The translations under genes were made by a program, and so were the position numbers. Shown piece after piece: positions 11,401 to 20,463 of a DNA stretch of 64,000 bases (its first letter is position 1; every line of letters begins with the position of its first letter). The DNA comes from a virus. Taxonomy: Duplodnaviria; Caudoviricetes. The notes under the pieces were generated by a model. It made no database searches. It was not told the DNA's origin and worked only from the letters and a program-made list of their open reading frames with translations. The stretch lies in the IMG/VR virus record IMGVR_UViG_3300032030_000075, positions 3,187 through 67,186 of that record, one strand, 5' to 3'.

Positions 11401-12521
11401 TATCTTGTAAATTTTGCACCTGAATTGAAACTTCCTGAATAAATTGTTGTGGCAGACCCTTTTTCATTTTCAGTATAAACATATACGCCTCCGTCCATAA
11501 CGTCAGATGCGTTAGAACTAAGATTATATTTTTCATACGATTTAAAAATATATCTTATTGGCCCTTTAATTCCATATTCATATCTAGGAGTGATTTTCAT
11601 GGAATTAATATAGTCTTTTGAAAAATCTATTTCTATTGAATCTCTTTTTGTGTTATCGACATAACGTGAACTATTAATTCTATATTTGTTTTCTTTAATA
11701 GAATTATCAAAAAAGACTTTTGATTTATCACTTAATGAATTATAAAATCCGGAATAAGCTCCAATATCGTTATAATGGCCATAATTTGAAACATAAACAG
11801 GACTATCAGTATCATTTAACGGAGATAATATATCTTCAATTCTTCCAGTCTTTTCATTTACTTTATAAGCGTATGATTTAGTTTTTTTTAAATTTTTTAA
11901 ATTTTTTGTTGTAATACCATAATATCCACTTAGTTGTTCTGTAATTGAATTAGTTAATTTATTATTGGCAACAACAGCATTTCTAAGTGTTTCCCTATTA
12001 TAATAAGCACCACTTTCTCCCAAATATGTATCAGTACCTGTTCCATTATTATTTGTTGGTACAAGTGTGTTATTAATTAATGCTTCAATTGCATATTGGC
12101 CTTCTATAACGCCAACAGAAGCGGCTTCATCACTTATATGGAATAAGTCAACTTCATTTATATTTTCAACACTAATTGTAGCACCGTAAACGTTTCTCAT
12201 ATAATCGATATAGTTTGCGGTACTGTTTTTATTACCATCAAGATAAAACCAAGGAGTTTTAACAATAGAATTATAGAATGGATTGGCAACTTCTCCAATT
12301 GGCGTGCTATACCCATCATACACATATTCCATATTTCCTATGTTTCTATTTATATGGTCAAGCATAAGAGGATAGCTTTTATTAAGCAATCCAATTGGTG
12401 CTGTCATAAAAGTATATAAGCTACCGTTGTTGAAGATATTTCTAATATCCCCAAACGCAGCTTCATTTAATACCTTTGCTGTTTTATCAAGTATGCTTGA
12501 TGCTTCTTTTAAAAAACTCAT
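8457..12521 (-). CDS. Baseplate / tube-initiator-like protein with embedded OmpA-like domain
   Basis: WNENNFIGRGEGIYTYTNTTRTGNLSF and PPVCILRIGDFYYTKILIDSLSISY tube-initiator-like segments; GTASVQG...NNELRKDRAFTVKNWL...WR OmpA-C-like motif. Confidence 0.6.
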   Translation of the reverse strand: MSFLKEASSILDKTAKVLNEAAFGDIRNIFNNGSLYTFMTAPIGLLNKSYPLMLDHINRNIGNMEYVYDGYSTPIGEVANPFYNSIVKTPWFYLDGNKNSTANYIDYMRNVYGATISVENINEVDLFHISDEAASVGVIEGQYAIEALINNTLVPTNNNGTGTDTYLGESGAYYNRETLRNAVVANNKLTNSITEQLSGYYGITTKNLKNLKKTKSYAYKVNEKTGRIEDILSPLNDTDSPVYVSNYGHYNDIGAYSGFYNSLSDKSKVFFDNSIKENKYRINSSRYVDNTKRDSIEIDFSKDYINSMKITPRYEYGIKGPIRYIFKSYEKYNLSSNASDVMDGGVYVYTENEKGSATTIYSGSFNSGAKFTRYTSYSTGLTANDILKKTNDAFKKGEYKTIIARFHTDSSEDDMTDTTQTAVSKKYGLSHGRNLLKLSPDDSEGYENPYCRVWTFHHQYHRLKDAIRPLGLDANDLYNKYGFKEFTADHSDIGFDNGRQRLERFGTLNKNNGLVNITPIDNGNPNKKVDIKNCMFSIENLAWKGAFSTDAASRETFQAGGLSSEQKGPFGGRIMWFPPYDLKFNEDVSVNWNENNFIGRGEGIYTYTNTTRTGNLSFKILIDHPSIINYWENKGKSGSNSVDETKDPEQEILRFFAGCDMLTAKPSPESEEENAVYDEAIPSPDVKELKFYVFFPNNYSGKDDDVDFAMKYLTNGLGAGKEKRWHYSASKGCYMEDKTTDYDIQYAKTDNGYGGYEMRPDKPISIIRSVDETTYNNGFIADIKVGNYGNGLHCNDGKTSLYVQEGDSTNTWWERKWYYRVDNDYKNQLLKKESYTDSASYCLNSKSGLDIVAKHFSIEDTDYLFSLADVYVALEGGDAVTVLEGLYDAKKVNLFKSLINRYQIESVECVGTASVQGHDKLNNELRKDRAFTVKNWLCKKSNKFDANTVKATPGEIGGEGSGINNGDESSLNNKLWRSTCVTIKFKTAASNTIQNSTKEQFMTTDPNTPIDSQTSIDDMYQTNYKTGNTEQTYIDDRIYFDDRGENELIAERALKDRVKSIRMNALSDNINRLAFNVGASVRGGNVNLNSLYGAVADFSEHYKYFNYDSNGYIVGDRGKSGNILNQIMTHNNDTKAGAVVNPASYLPSDIFNDTGANNVTEREGTKNNKPTRYDNEAKFFSMLEKEEPFLHHKISDKIKYFDPAFHSISPEGFNARLTFLQQCTRQGPTIGQSDNFAVDNTANNLSFGRPPVCILRIGDFYYTKILIDSLSISYDPLMWDLNTEGIGVMPMIADINMRFKFIGGSSLAGHITRLQNALSFNYYANTEVYDDRAELADYDEDGNITKLGTKNLTV

Positions 12522-12566
12522 AGTATTGAAAATATAATCTTTATTTTAAAATTTTAAATATTAATA

Positions 12567-15500
12567 TTAATCGCTGAATTTGTTTTTTGAAGAGTATTCT
12601 TTTCTTGTTTTACCAGCATTTGCGTCTTCATTCACCCTTTTGCTTATAATATCTGCAAGCTGTCTCTTAAATTCAGGAGTTTCCAATAACTTAGATATAT
12701 CAAAGTCAATTGACTTTCCATTTCCTTCAAGTTTAATAGTTCCACTAACATTTAAATTAATATCAGTTTTCTGAGGAACATTGCTAGCTTGTCTATTTTC
12801 TCCTTCTTTATTTGGCGAAACCTTTAAGAAACCTGATACGTCAGGTAAAGCTCTTATAGATGGAGAAATTGGTGTCAAGCCAAGAGCTTTCATGCTAACC
12901 TGTCTGCCCAATATTGAAGCAACATTCTTATCAATTGAAGTTAAAATCTTAGCAACAGGAGCAGAGCCTTCAACTGAATTAGCTAACATCTTCTCTTCTC
13001 TTTCTTTCAGCTTGTCTTCTTCTCCACCGCCAAATAAACCACCAATACCCTTGCCAATAAACTCGCCTGCTTTAGAGCCTAGCCAACCGCCGGCTATTGT
13101 ACCTAACGGTCCAAATGCAGACCCAAGAACTGCCCCTGCCGTTGCACCAATTGCCATACCGGCAGAACCTCCGTAACTTGCATTTTTCTCTTTAGCTGCC
13201 CTATCCTTTGCACGAGCTTTTTCTAAGTCAGACATTCCGCTTTTTTCTATTTCATCAACCTTGGCATCATATTGACTTGATGCTGCTGACATATCACTAA
13301 TAGCGCCTCCAATAGCCAATGCTGTTCCTATAGGTCCTGCTGCTTTCCCAAGTACTTTACCAACACTTCCAACTTTTCCTAAAAGTTTTCCTGCATTTCC
13401 AACCTTACTTACAGCATTTGTTGTTTCGCTGACAACTTTTGTGGCATTACTTGATGCTTTTGCTATAGCATTAGATTTTTTTACATCTTTAAGACTCTTT
13501 AATGCTTTTGCTTTTTTACGTTTTGATAGCCTTTTTTGTTTAGCAGACATTGTAGCTTCTTCGGTAGTTGCGACTGCCATTTCTTGTTCAACAGCTGGAG
13601 AAGCAAACAAAGACTTAACATCTGTTTTAAAATTTCTTGCTCCTTTTGCCATTTTTGTGTTTGATAGCCAATCAGAGGCATACATACCTCTGATTTTCAA
13701 ATCAGCAACTTTATTTCTATAATAATGTCCTATTCTGCCATTTGAAATTTTTGCTCCTAAACGCCTTCTACTTCTATCAATATGTAATAAACCTCTTGTT
13801 AAACTTCCCATTAATGTTCTCCTTCGAGCAAGAGACATTAATCTGGTTGAAAAGCTTCTTGTTGCTCTTGTAGCATCAGTAGCAGCATCAGCAATATCTT
13901 CCAATTCTTCAACCAATGTTCCGTCACCAATACTACCGTTCATAATGGTTTGCCCATTCATCATAACAGTAGGATTCATTAGTGTTATAGGTCTATTAAA
14001 TCCTCCCATTGGCATCATTCCCATTGGCTGCATTCCACGCATCATTCTGCCTTGCATAAGCATTCCTGCCCCACTGCCAAGCATTCCTCCTATTCCCATG
14101 TTTCCACCACTTAATAGGTTTCCTAATGCCATGTTAGTGCCAATGCCATGCATTCCAAACTTTCTACCCAATTTATTACCACCATAAGCCATTAAACCTG
14201 TAGTGGCAATGTCTCTAAGTAGGTCGAATAATCCTTTTTGTTCACGAGGATTTAATATCATTTCACCGGCATTGGCTAACACTGGAGTCTTATCACCCAT
14301 AGTGGAAGAACCTTGGATTACAGTACCAAGAGCTGCATGAGGAATAGGCTCCACTAAACCGCCTTCAGCAAATCCTTCAGTGCCATGAGTAAAAACATCC
14401 ATTTGACCAATAGGCCACGATAAGTTCTTAAACAAGTCCCAAGGTTGGAAACTATTACCATTAAGCCAACCGGATAATGTACCCATTAAACCATTTTGGA
14501 TTTGTGAGGTGAATGCATCCCATTCAGCTCCTAAACCAGTAATGTTTTCTTTTGTAGATGTAGTACCCCTTGCACGGCCTAAAGTTCTTTCAAGAATTGT
14601 TTTAATGTCAGCAACATCATTCCACAACCCTTCCTCTGTCATTTGAGAGTCTTGTGCAATTTTCAGTTGCTCTTCTGTAAGGTCTTTTAAGAATACCTTT
14701 TCTTCTTTACCATCATTTAAAAGGGTTACAAAATGTTCGCCGGTTTCTTCATCAACGTTTGTCCTTGAAAGATTTTTAATAGCGGCCAATTGAGCTTTGT
14801 CCCATTCCTTATTGTTTTTAGCCCTGAGTTCTTCCTCAACTTTTTGATTTTGAATTTCAGCCATTGCAGGGTTAGTAATTTGGTCAACTGTCATACCGAG
14901 ATTACTAGCAAGCTCACGCATCATGCGCATTGTAACTGGGTCAAATGTTACAGCTCCAGTTTTTTCATTATATGAGCCCTTTCCTCTGATAGTTCTGAGA
15001 ATTCTTTCTTGGAATGCCTCTGGGTCTGCCATCGATTCATACATAGCACCCATTGGATTGCTGAATTCCCTTGCAAAACTACCGCCAAGCATTTGAATAT
15101 TAGCAGAAGTACTGATAGCCTTATCAATGTCAGCAAACTTCTCTGTGGCAGACATTATTGCGTTCATATCCATTCTCATTGAAGCGGCTCTTAACGACAT
15201 CTTCTCAATATCATTAACGCCATTTCTGAATGAATATGATGCAGCAAGCTTAATATTGTCAGCCATCATTTTGGTTGCCTTAGCAGGACTAACGCCTAAT
15301 GCTTTAGCCCTTTCTTGCAATCTTCCTGTGTATGCCGTTGCCCTAGCAATACCTATACCAACTTTATCGTACTCATCGACGAGTCTACCTGCATCTTCAC
15401 CTGCAATTTTTGATAAAGCAGACATATGAGCAAGCTGTTCTCTTGATAAGGTAACATTTCTGCCAACCGCTTCAGCATATGATTTTTGGAAATCAGCAAT

Positions 15501-15800
15501 TTCCTTGGCAGTTATACCGTATTGTCTTGCAAGCTCTTTTGTGGTTTGCATTAACTGACGGTCATAACGCATAGCCATTTCACGACTCATGGCCATAGAA
15601 CGACCTGTTTGGAATGCAATATCTTGCATTTCAATCCACTTTCCGCCAATAAAGTTAAAAGCACTTATAGCATCAGATTTCAATTGACTAAAAACTTCCT
15701 TATATGCGCTCATCTGCATATATGCATCTATTGCCATTCCTGCTTTCCCACCAAGTTTTGCTCCAAGTCCTCTTAAGAGTGCGGCTGCTGCTGGTCCCAT
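12567..15800 (-). CDS. Tail tape measure protein
   Basis: 1077 aa helical Ala/Gly/Met-rich protein, FAEGG...GDKTPVLANAGEMILN motif, C-terminal glycine zippers, upstream of baseplate genes. Confidence 0.8.
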   Translation of the reverse strand: MGPAAAALLRGLGAKLGGKAGMAIDAYMQMSAYKEVFSQLKSDAISAFNFIGGKWIEMQDIAFQTGRSMAMSREMAMRYDRQLMQTTKELARQYGITAKEIADFQKSYAEAVGRNVTLSREQLAHMSALSKIAGEDAGRLVDEYDKVGIGIARATAYTGRLQERAKALGVSPAKATKMMADNIKLAASYSFRNGVNDIEKMSLRAASMRMDMNAIMSATEKFADIDKAISTSANIQMLGGSFAREFSNPMGAMYESMADPEAFQERILRTIRGKGSYNEKTGAVTFDPVTMRMMRELASNLGMTVDQITNPAMAEIQNQKVEEELRAKNNKEWDKAQLAAIKNLSRTNVDEETGEHFVTLLNDGKEEKVFLKDLTEEQLKIAQDSQMTEEGLWNDVADIKTILERTLGRARGTTSTKENITGLGAEWDAFTSQIQNGLMGTLSGWLNGNSFQPWDLFKNLSWPIGQMDVFTHGTEGFAEGGLVEPIPHAALGTVIQGSSTMGDKTPVLANAGEMILNPREQKGLFDLLRDIATTGLMAYGGNKLGRKFGMHGIGTNMALGNLLSGGNMGIGGMLGSGAGMLMQGRMMRGMQPMGMMPMGGFNRPITLMNPTVMMNGQTIMNGSIGDGTLVEELEDIADAATDATRATRSFSTRLMSLARRRTLMGSLTRGLLHIDRSRRRLGAKISNGRIGHYYRNKVADLKIRGMYASDWLSNTKMAKGARNFKTDVKSLFASPAVEQEMAVATTEEATMSAKQKRLSKRKKAKALKSLKDVKKSNAIAKASSNATKVVSETTNAVSKVGNAGKLLGKVGSVGKVLGKAAGPIGTALAIGGAISDMSAASSQYDAKVDEIEKSGMSDLEKARAKDRAAKEKNASYGGSAGMAIGATAGAVLGSAFGPLGTIAGGWLGSKAGEFIGKGIGGLFGGGEEDKLKEREEKMLANSVEGSAPVAKILTSIDKNVASILGRQVSMKALGLTPISPSIRALPDVSGFLKVSPNKEGENRQASNVPQKTDINLNVSGTIKLEGNGKSIDFDISKLLETPEFKRQLADIISKRVNEDANAGKTRKEYSSKNKFSD

Positions 15801-15900
15801 ATATTATTCAAAAACTAATTTTATACAGTTATTTTAATTACATATAAATACTAAATATTTCATTTTTTTAAATAAAAATGGGAACTTTTTGAAGTTCCCA

Positions 15901-16239
15901 TCATCTATTTGTTGCATTTTTAAGATTTTGTTGGTCAATATCGGTATATGCATCAATTGCTTCTGTCTTGGCTGTTCCGCCTTTTTGCATATCTTCATAT
16001 TCTTTTCTTTCTGACTCTGCTGCTTCATTATGCTTCAAGATATAAAACTTTCTATCTCTTGTTGGCATTTTTAACAGTTCATCAAAAGGCATTTTTATAT
16101 GCTTAAAACAGCCAAACAACTCTTCCTTAAGATACCTTTCATAATCAGGCGATATTCCAGAAAACAGTATCGTTCCATTCAAGAAAGGTTTTAAATGAGC
16201 CACCTCCAAGGCTCTCAGGTCTTTCAATTTCAACCTCAA
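15901..16239 (-). CDS. Small tail/baseplate assembly protein, overlapping upstream gene; start uncertain, possible frameshift extension
   Basis: YLKEELFGCFKHIKMPFDELLKMPTRDRKFYI resembles the small ORF preceding tape measure genes; only a TTG start inside the upstream gene. Confidence 0.6.
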   Translation of the reverse strand: MRLKLKDLRALEVAHLKPFLNGTILFSGISPDYERYLKEELFGCFKHIKMPFDELLKMPTRDRKFYILKHNEAAESERKEYEDMQKGGTAKTEAIDAYTDIDQQNLKNATNR

Positions 16240-17518
16240 AATCTAACCCCGGTTCATTATCAAGAATATATCTCCTCAGCATAAGAGAATCATTAGCTGG
16301 CATATTGTAAATAGCCTTTCTAATATATTCTTTATCATAATTGCCATTAATTGCAACTATCTGCATTTCCATCCTATTGGTAATTGCTCTATTGAACCTA
16401 TTTTCATTTTTATCTTCTATTTTCTTAGCCCATTCGTTAATCTTTCTTGTTGCTTCAAGAATAACTGTTTTTTCCTTTGAATCAAGTATTGAGTCAGTTT
16501 TTAATAAGTTTGTGATTGTTCTATTCGCATCCCTCAAATCAAGAGCATTCATTCCCTCTCCTTCAATTCTTGAAAGGATTCTTAAATCATTTTCTTCTTT
16601 TCTCGTCAAATACTTAAACTTAACTTCAACTCCTGATTTTGGTAATGTATATGAAAAATGACCATTTTCATCACCCTTTAACTTAAACTCCTTTGATTTA
16701 ATTTTGGTTAAATCAACAGTAGTTTCAATCACCTCTCCTGAATCAGGGTCAGTTACAGCAACAGGGAAATCAACGCCATAACTTGTTGCTCTAAGAAACA
16801 ATACAATTGCATCGACATCACCGCTTACCAAATCTTCAACATTAATATCCTTATTTACTATTTTATTATTAAGCAAATAATCAATTACAAGTCCATCACG
16901 ATAAAGGTTTGGAGAAGTAATGATATTTTCATCATAAGCAGTTAAATAAGATACAGGTATTCTACCAACTTTATTTTTATAGCATTCTCCGTTACTTGGC
17001 AATGAAATGACATCATATTGAGCAGTCGAATCAATATTGTTAAATGTTGTGTTTGTCGGATTTACAATTTCCTCGCCATATTTAATTCCTGTTTCTTGTT
17101 CAATATGTGTTTCTGTACCTCTTCTCTTACGTTTCTTAATTCTTTCTTCTTCCTCTTTTTTATGACTTTCCAAAATATCAAAAATTGAATCAGAAGAATC
17201 ATTTGTATTATTATTGTTTGAAAAGAAATTTGAATTATTCAAGTTTTCAATATCTTCATCTTTTTCAATAATTGGCTTATGTTCAATTACAATTGGTTTT
17301 ATTTCTTCCTGGGGAATTTCAATATGCTGAATTGTGCCATTCATAATGTTCTTTATCTTTTGTTGAACTTCTTCTTGAGCTATTTCAATTCTCTTAACAG
17401 CTTGCTCTGTTCCTCTGACTTTTGTTTCTTCTTTGGAACGTTCATACATTTCATTTGTTGCCTGTAATATTTTAATTTCCTTTTCTTGTTCAGGGGTTAA
17501 CTTCTTTTTGCCTGCCAT
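16145..17518 (-). CDS. Baseplate hub / tail assembly chaperone (T4 gp26-like)
   Basis: VISLPSNGECY...LTAYDENIITSPNL...GDVDAIVLFLRATSYG...FKYLT...EPGLD motifs; two genes upstream of tape measure. Confidence 0.7.
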   Translation of the reverse strand: MAGKKKLTPEQEKEIKILQATNEMYERSKEETKVRGTEQAVKRIEIAQEEVQQKIKNIMNGTIQHIEIPQEEIKPIVIEHKPIIEKDEDIENLNNSNFFSNNNNTNDSSDSIFDILESHKKEEEERIKKRKRRGTETHIEQETGIKYGEEIVNPTNTTFNNIDSTAQYDVISLPSNGECYKNKVGRIPVSYLTAYDENIITSPNLYRDGLVIDYLLNNKIVNKDINVEDLVSGDVDAIVLFLRATSYGVDFPVAVTDPDSGEVIETTVDLTKIKSKEFKLKGDENGHFSYTLPKSGVEVKFKYLTRKEENDLRILSRIEGEGMNALDLRDANRTITNLLKTDSILDSKEKTVILEATRKINEWAKKIEDKNENRFNRAITNRMEMQIVAINGNYDKEYIRKAIYNMPANDSLMLRRYILDNEPGLDFEVEIERPESLGGGSFKTFLEWNDTVFWNIA

Positions 17519-17525
17519 AACTATT

Positions 17526-18134
17526 TTAAATATTTTCGATTAATGTTATTTTTTCTGCCAAAATTGCATATTCATCATCATCGCCTTTATCTAATATCTT
17601 GCAATTTTCAAATCTTACATATTTTGTTTCATTGGCTTTATTTAAAAATTCAACATAGAATGTTCTTGTTGGTTCATTTTGCCAAACTTTATCTTCTCCA
17701 AGAGCGTTTTTATATTTTGGGTTATTAAGATTTTCATGCTCCTCAATCCAAAAATTATAATCCTCTTCAAATTCTTCATCCATTGAATCACGGTTAAACT
17801 TGATGATATTAATTACAACATCTTGAGATAATGCGTTTGAAATCAAATTATCAACAGTTTCATCATTTCCGTTTTCATCAAAAAGCAATGCTTCTGATTT
17901 ATAATTATTCTCTTTTGCATTTTTTGATGATTTTGATAAAGCACCAAAACTTGCAGTAGTTTTATTTCCTTTCATACTAATGTGGTATAACGCATCCTTA
18001 GTGACGCCTGAATATTTTCTATTTTCTCTATCCATAGCATCAAAGAAATCATCATCAGACTTATAGTAATCGTTGCTCATATCAAAATCGCCATCATCAA
18101 AACCTTCCAATTTTACATATAACGTAATATTCAT
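17526..18134 (-). CDS. Hypothetical acidic protein, 202 aa
   Basis: ORF in operon. Confidence 0.75.
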   Translation of the reverse strand: MNITLYVKLEGFDDGDFDMSNDYYKSDDDFFDAMDRENRKYSGVTKDALYHISMKGNKTTASFGALSKSSKNAKENNYKSEALLFDENGNDETVDNLISNALSQDVVINIIKFNRDSMDEEFEEDYNFWIEEHENLNNPKYKNALGEDKVWQNEPTRTFYVEFLNKANETKYVRFENCKILDKGDDDEYAILAEKITLIENI

Positions 18135-18148
18135 AGTATCAATATTTT

Positions 18149-19114
18149 TTAAAAAATTAAATCTAAATTTCTAACAAGTCCTTCCAACCTCATTTCATCT
18201 GGTTCATATTGAATATCATTATTAACCCTATTAAAATCAATCAGTGCTTTACTAACAATTTTCAAAAACTTATCAATTCGATAATCTAATGCGGTTATTA
18301 ACCTTTGTCTAAACATTTTTATTGCCTTATTACCTGTACATCTATCGCCATATGTTTGTTTTAAAAATTCATTACAAATTTTTCTACCCTTTTCTTTTTT
18401 TATTAACTCATCAAACACGTCTACAATGTTTTTTAGCACAAGGTTTTCTCTATACATTCTGAATTCATTAAAATAGTCTGTAATGTTATTTCTGTTTATA
18501 TAAGTTTTTTGTCGAATTTCTTCATATGTTTGATTCACAAAAGCAGAAACTTCGTCATTATCAATTAAATAAATAGCCTTTCTAAGCATATCAAACACAT
18601 CATTACCGTATTTTGTTTCATGTTTAGTATTAAATGCAGAAGTATATAAATTGTTAGATTTATTAACAGATTTTAAAGTATTTCCATTATTTTGTGATAA
18701 AATTGAAAAATATCTATATGCATGCTCTACTTCATGAGAAAAAACGCGCATAAAAAGATTTTTATTTACCACATTTGGATTATCAGTCTTTTCACTAATT
18801 TGTATTGTACAATTGATTAATCTTTTATCATTACTCAAATGCTCAAAATCATTTTCAGGAATAAATTTACTATTATAATCAGCATCTTTAGTATAAGAAA
18901 AATATTTAATATTTATGGTTTTTATGAAGCAATCATACTTCAAAACATAATTATTAATTCTTCTTATATATAATCCTGGTCCGACTAAATTAGGCTTTAA
19001 CGTAGAAATGCAGTCATATAACTCTTCTCCAATTTTATTATAATTGTTAATCATACCTGCTGCTTCATCTAAGTGCAATGTGAAGTATTTTCTTTCAATA
19101 TCGTATATGTTCAT
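18149..19114 (-). CDS. Hypothetical protein with HExxH zincin-like motif
   Basis: FSHEVEHAY followed later by DEVSA (candidate third ligand). Confidence 0.55.
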   Translation of the reverse strand: MNIYDIERKYFTLHLDEAAGMINNYNKIGEELYDCISTLKPNLVGPGLYIRRINNYVLKYDCFIKTINIKYFSYTKDADYNSKFIPENDFEHLSNDKRLINCTIQISEKTDNPNVVNKNLFMRVFSHEVEHAYRYFSILSQNNGNTLKSVNKSNNLYTSAFNTKHETKYGNDVFDMLRKAIYLIDNDEVSAFVNQTYEEIRQKTYINRNNITDYFNEFRMYRENLVLKNIVDVFDELIKKEKGRKICNEFLKQTYGDRCTGNKAIKMFRQRLITALDYRIDKFLKIVSKALIDFNRVNNDIQYEPDEMRLEGLVRNLDLIF

Positions 19115-19635
19115 TATTTTAATATGTTTTTATGCCGTTTATTCTTACTATTTAACTTCGTTTGTACCTTATCCTCAATATATAGCCTTTCCTTCAATGC
19201 TTTCATAACGCCTGATGGGTTATTCCTTATGTCATATTCCCATATTCTCATAATTGGGATGCCATGCATTAATGCCCATTCATTTTTATGCTCGTCAACA
19301 CGTTTATTTTTCTTCTGCATTGGAGATAACTTATTTTCATCAACAACCCTTGGGTCAGAGTGATAATATGAGCCATCAATCTCAAGCAATATCATGCCGC
19401 CTTCTTTTGGAAAAATTGCAAAATCATAAAATCTTCCAATATCCTTTGCTTCAAACTGCCAAACATATTCTATACCAAGTTTATCCAAAAATTTCTCAGC
19501 AAAATCTTGTTCCAATTTCGACGTTCCAAACTTTGGATGCACCCGTTCAAGTTTACCATTTGGCTTTCTTAAACGGGTTTTTGTTTTTGGTTTTTTGCCA
19601 TCTATTTTTTTACCTCTTTTAATTGGTTGTTTCAT
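19114..19635 (-). CDS. Vsr/DUF559-like PD-(D/E)xK endonuclease
   Basis: FYDF...LLEIDGSYYH...DEHKNEWA...IMRIWE. Confidence 0.8.
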   Translation of the reverse strand: MKQPIKRGKKIDGKKPKTKTRLRKPNGKLERVHPKFGTSKLEQDFAEKFLDKLGIEYVWQFEAKDIGRFYDFAIFPKEGGMILLEIDGSYYHSDPRVVDENKLSPMQKKNKRVDEHKNEWALMHGIPIMRIWEYDIRNNPSGVMKALKERLYIEDKVQTKLNSKNKRHKNILK

Positions 19636-20455
19636 TCAACTTTTCGTTTGGCGCTAAAATATGTAATTTTTCAAAATGAAAATTCAAAATAGTTTTTCTT
19701 AATTCTGCTGATTCATAAGTAAACCCATCGCTGTCAGCATATTTGAACTCACAATTTGCAAAAACCATTTTATAAAGCAATTCGCCTGAATTGGTAATAA
19801 TATCTACAATTATATCACCGGCATATCTATCTTTTTGAAGTTTTAAAGCAATTTTTGATAGAATATTGTAAGTTCCATCTTTGCTTTTCTCAGCAAAGTC
19901 ATTCATGGTAACTGAAAGGTTTCCATTGTCTTGATAATAAAATGAAGAAACCCTCCATTCATCAATGTTAATCTTTTCCTTATTAAATCTAACAATAAAA
20001 TTAGACCTGCTTATCCATTGAGAATTTGAAATCTTTTCCTGAACATCAGCATATGTTGGCTTTTTATTGTATTCTTTTCTTTCAACAATTTCTTTTAACT
20101 CGTTTTCAGGTATAAATCCAACAGGAGTAGGCTTTTCAATATCGTCAAAGAAATTCTTTCTTATATCATATAACTTCTTATATTCACATCTTTTCTTTGC
20201 TGCTTGAATAAACTTATTACCATTTAATTTTTCCTCACTTATTGATGGGTCTTTAGTAAAACTATTAATTGGAGTTGCCAATTTCGGGTCAAATAGGCTT
20301 ATTAATTCTTGTTCAATATTATCCCTTTCCTTGATAATTGTGTTTAAAGAATCACCAGTATTACCATTTTTCTTCATCTGTTCGATTGTATTATCATACA
20401 TCTTTAAAGTATTATATTTTAAAGATATTTCATATAACATTTCTTTTTTGTCCAT
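19619..20455 (-). CDS. Hypothetical protein with C-terminal tail-tube-like domain
   Basis: C-terminal ~130 aa align by eye with the tube protein at 22217-22705. Confidence 0.55.
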   Translation of the reverse strand: MDKKEMLYEISLKYNTLKMYDNTIEQMKKNGNTGDSLNTIIKERDNIEQELISLFDPKLATPINSFTKDPSISEEKLNGNKFIQAAKKRCEYKKLYDIRKNFFDDIEKPTPVGFIPENELKEIVERKEYNKKPTYADVQEKISNSQWISRSNFIVRFNKEKINIDEWRVSSFYYQDNGNLSVTMNDFAEKSKDGTYNILSKIALKLQKDRYAGDIIVDIITNSGELLYKMVFANCEFKYADSDGFTYESAELRKTILNFHFEKLHILAPNEKLNETTN

Positions 20456-20463
20456 AGGTATTA

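Noticed and set aside
2142-15429. Many short plus-strand ORFs in the six-frame track
   Set aside because: Antisense shadows of long minus-strand genes with atypical composition and no expression signals
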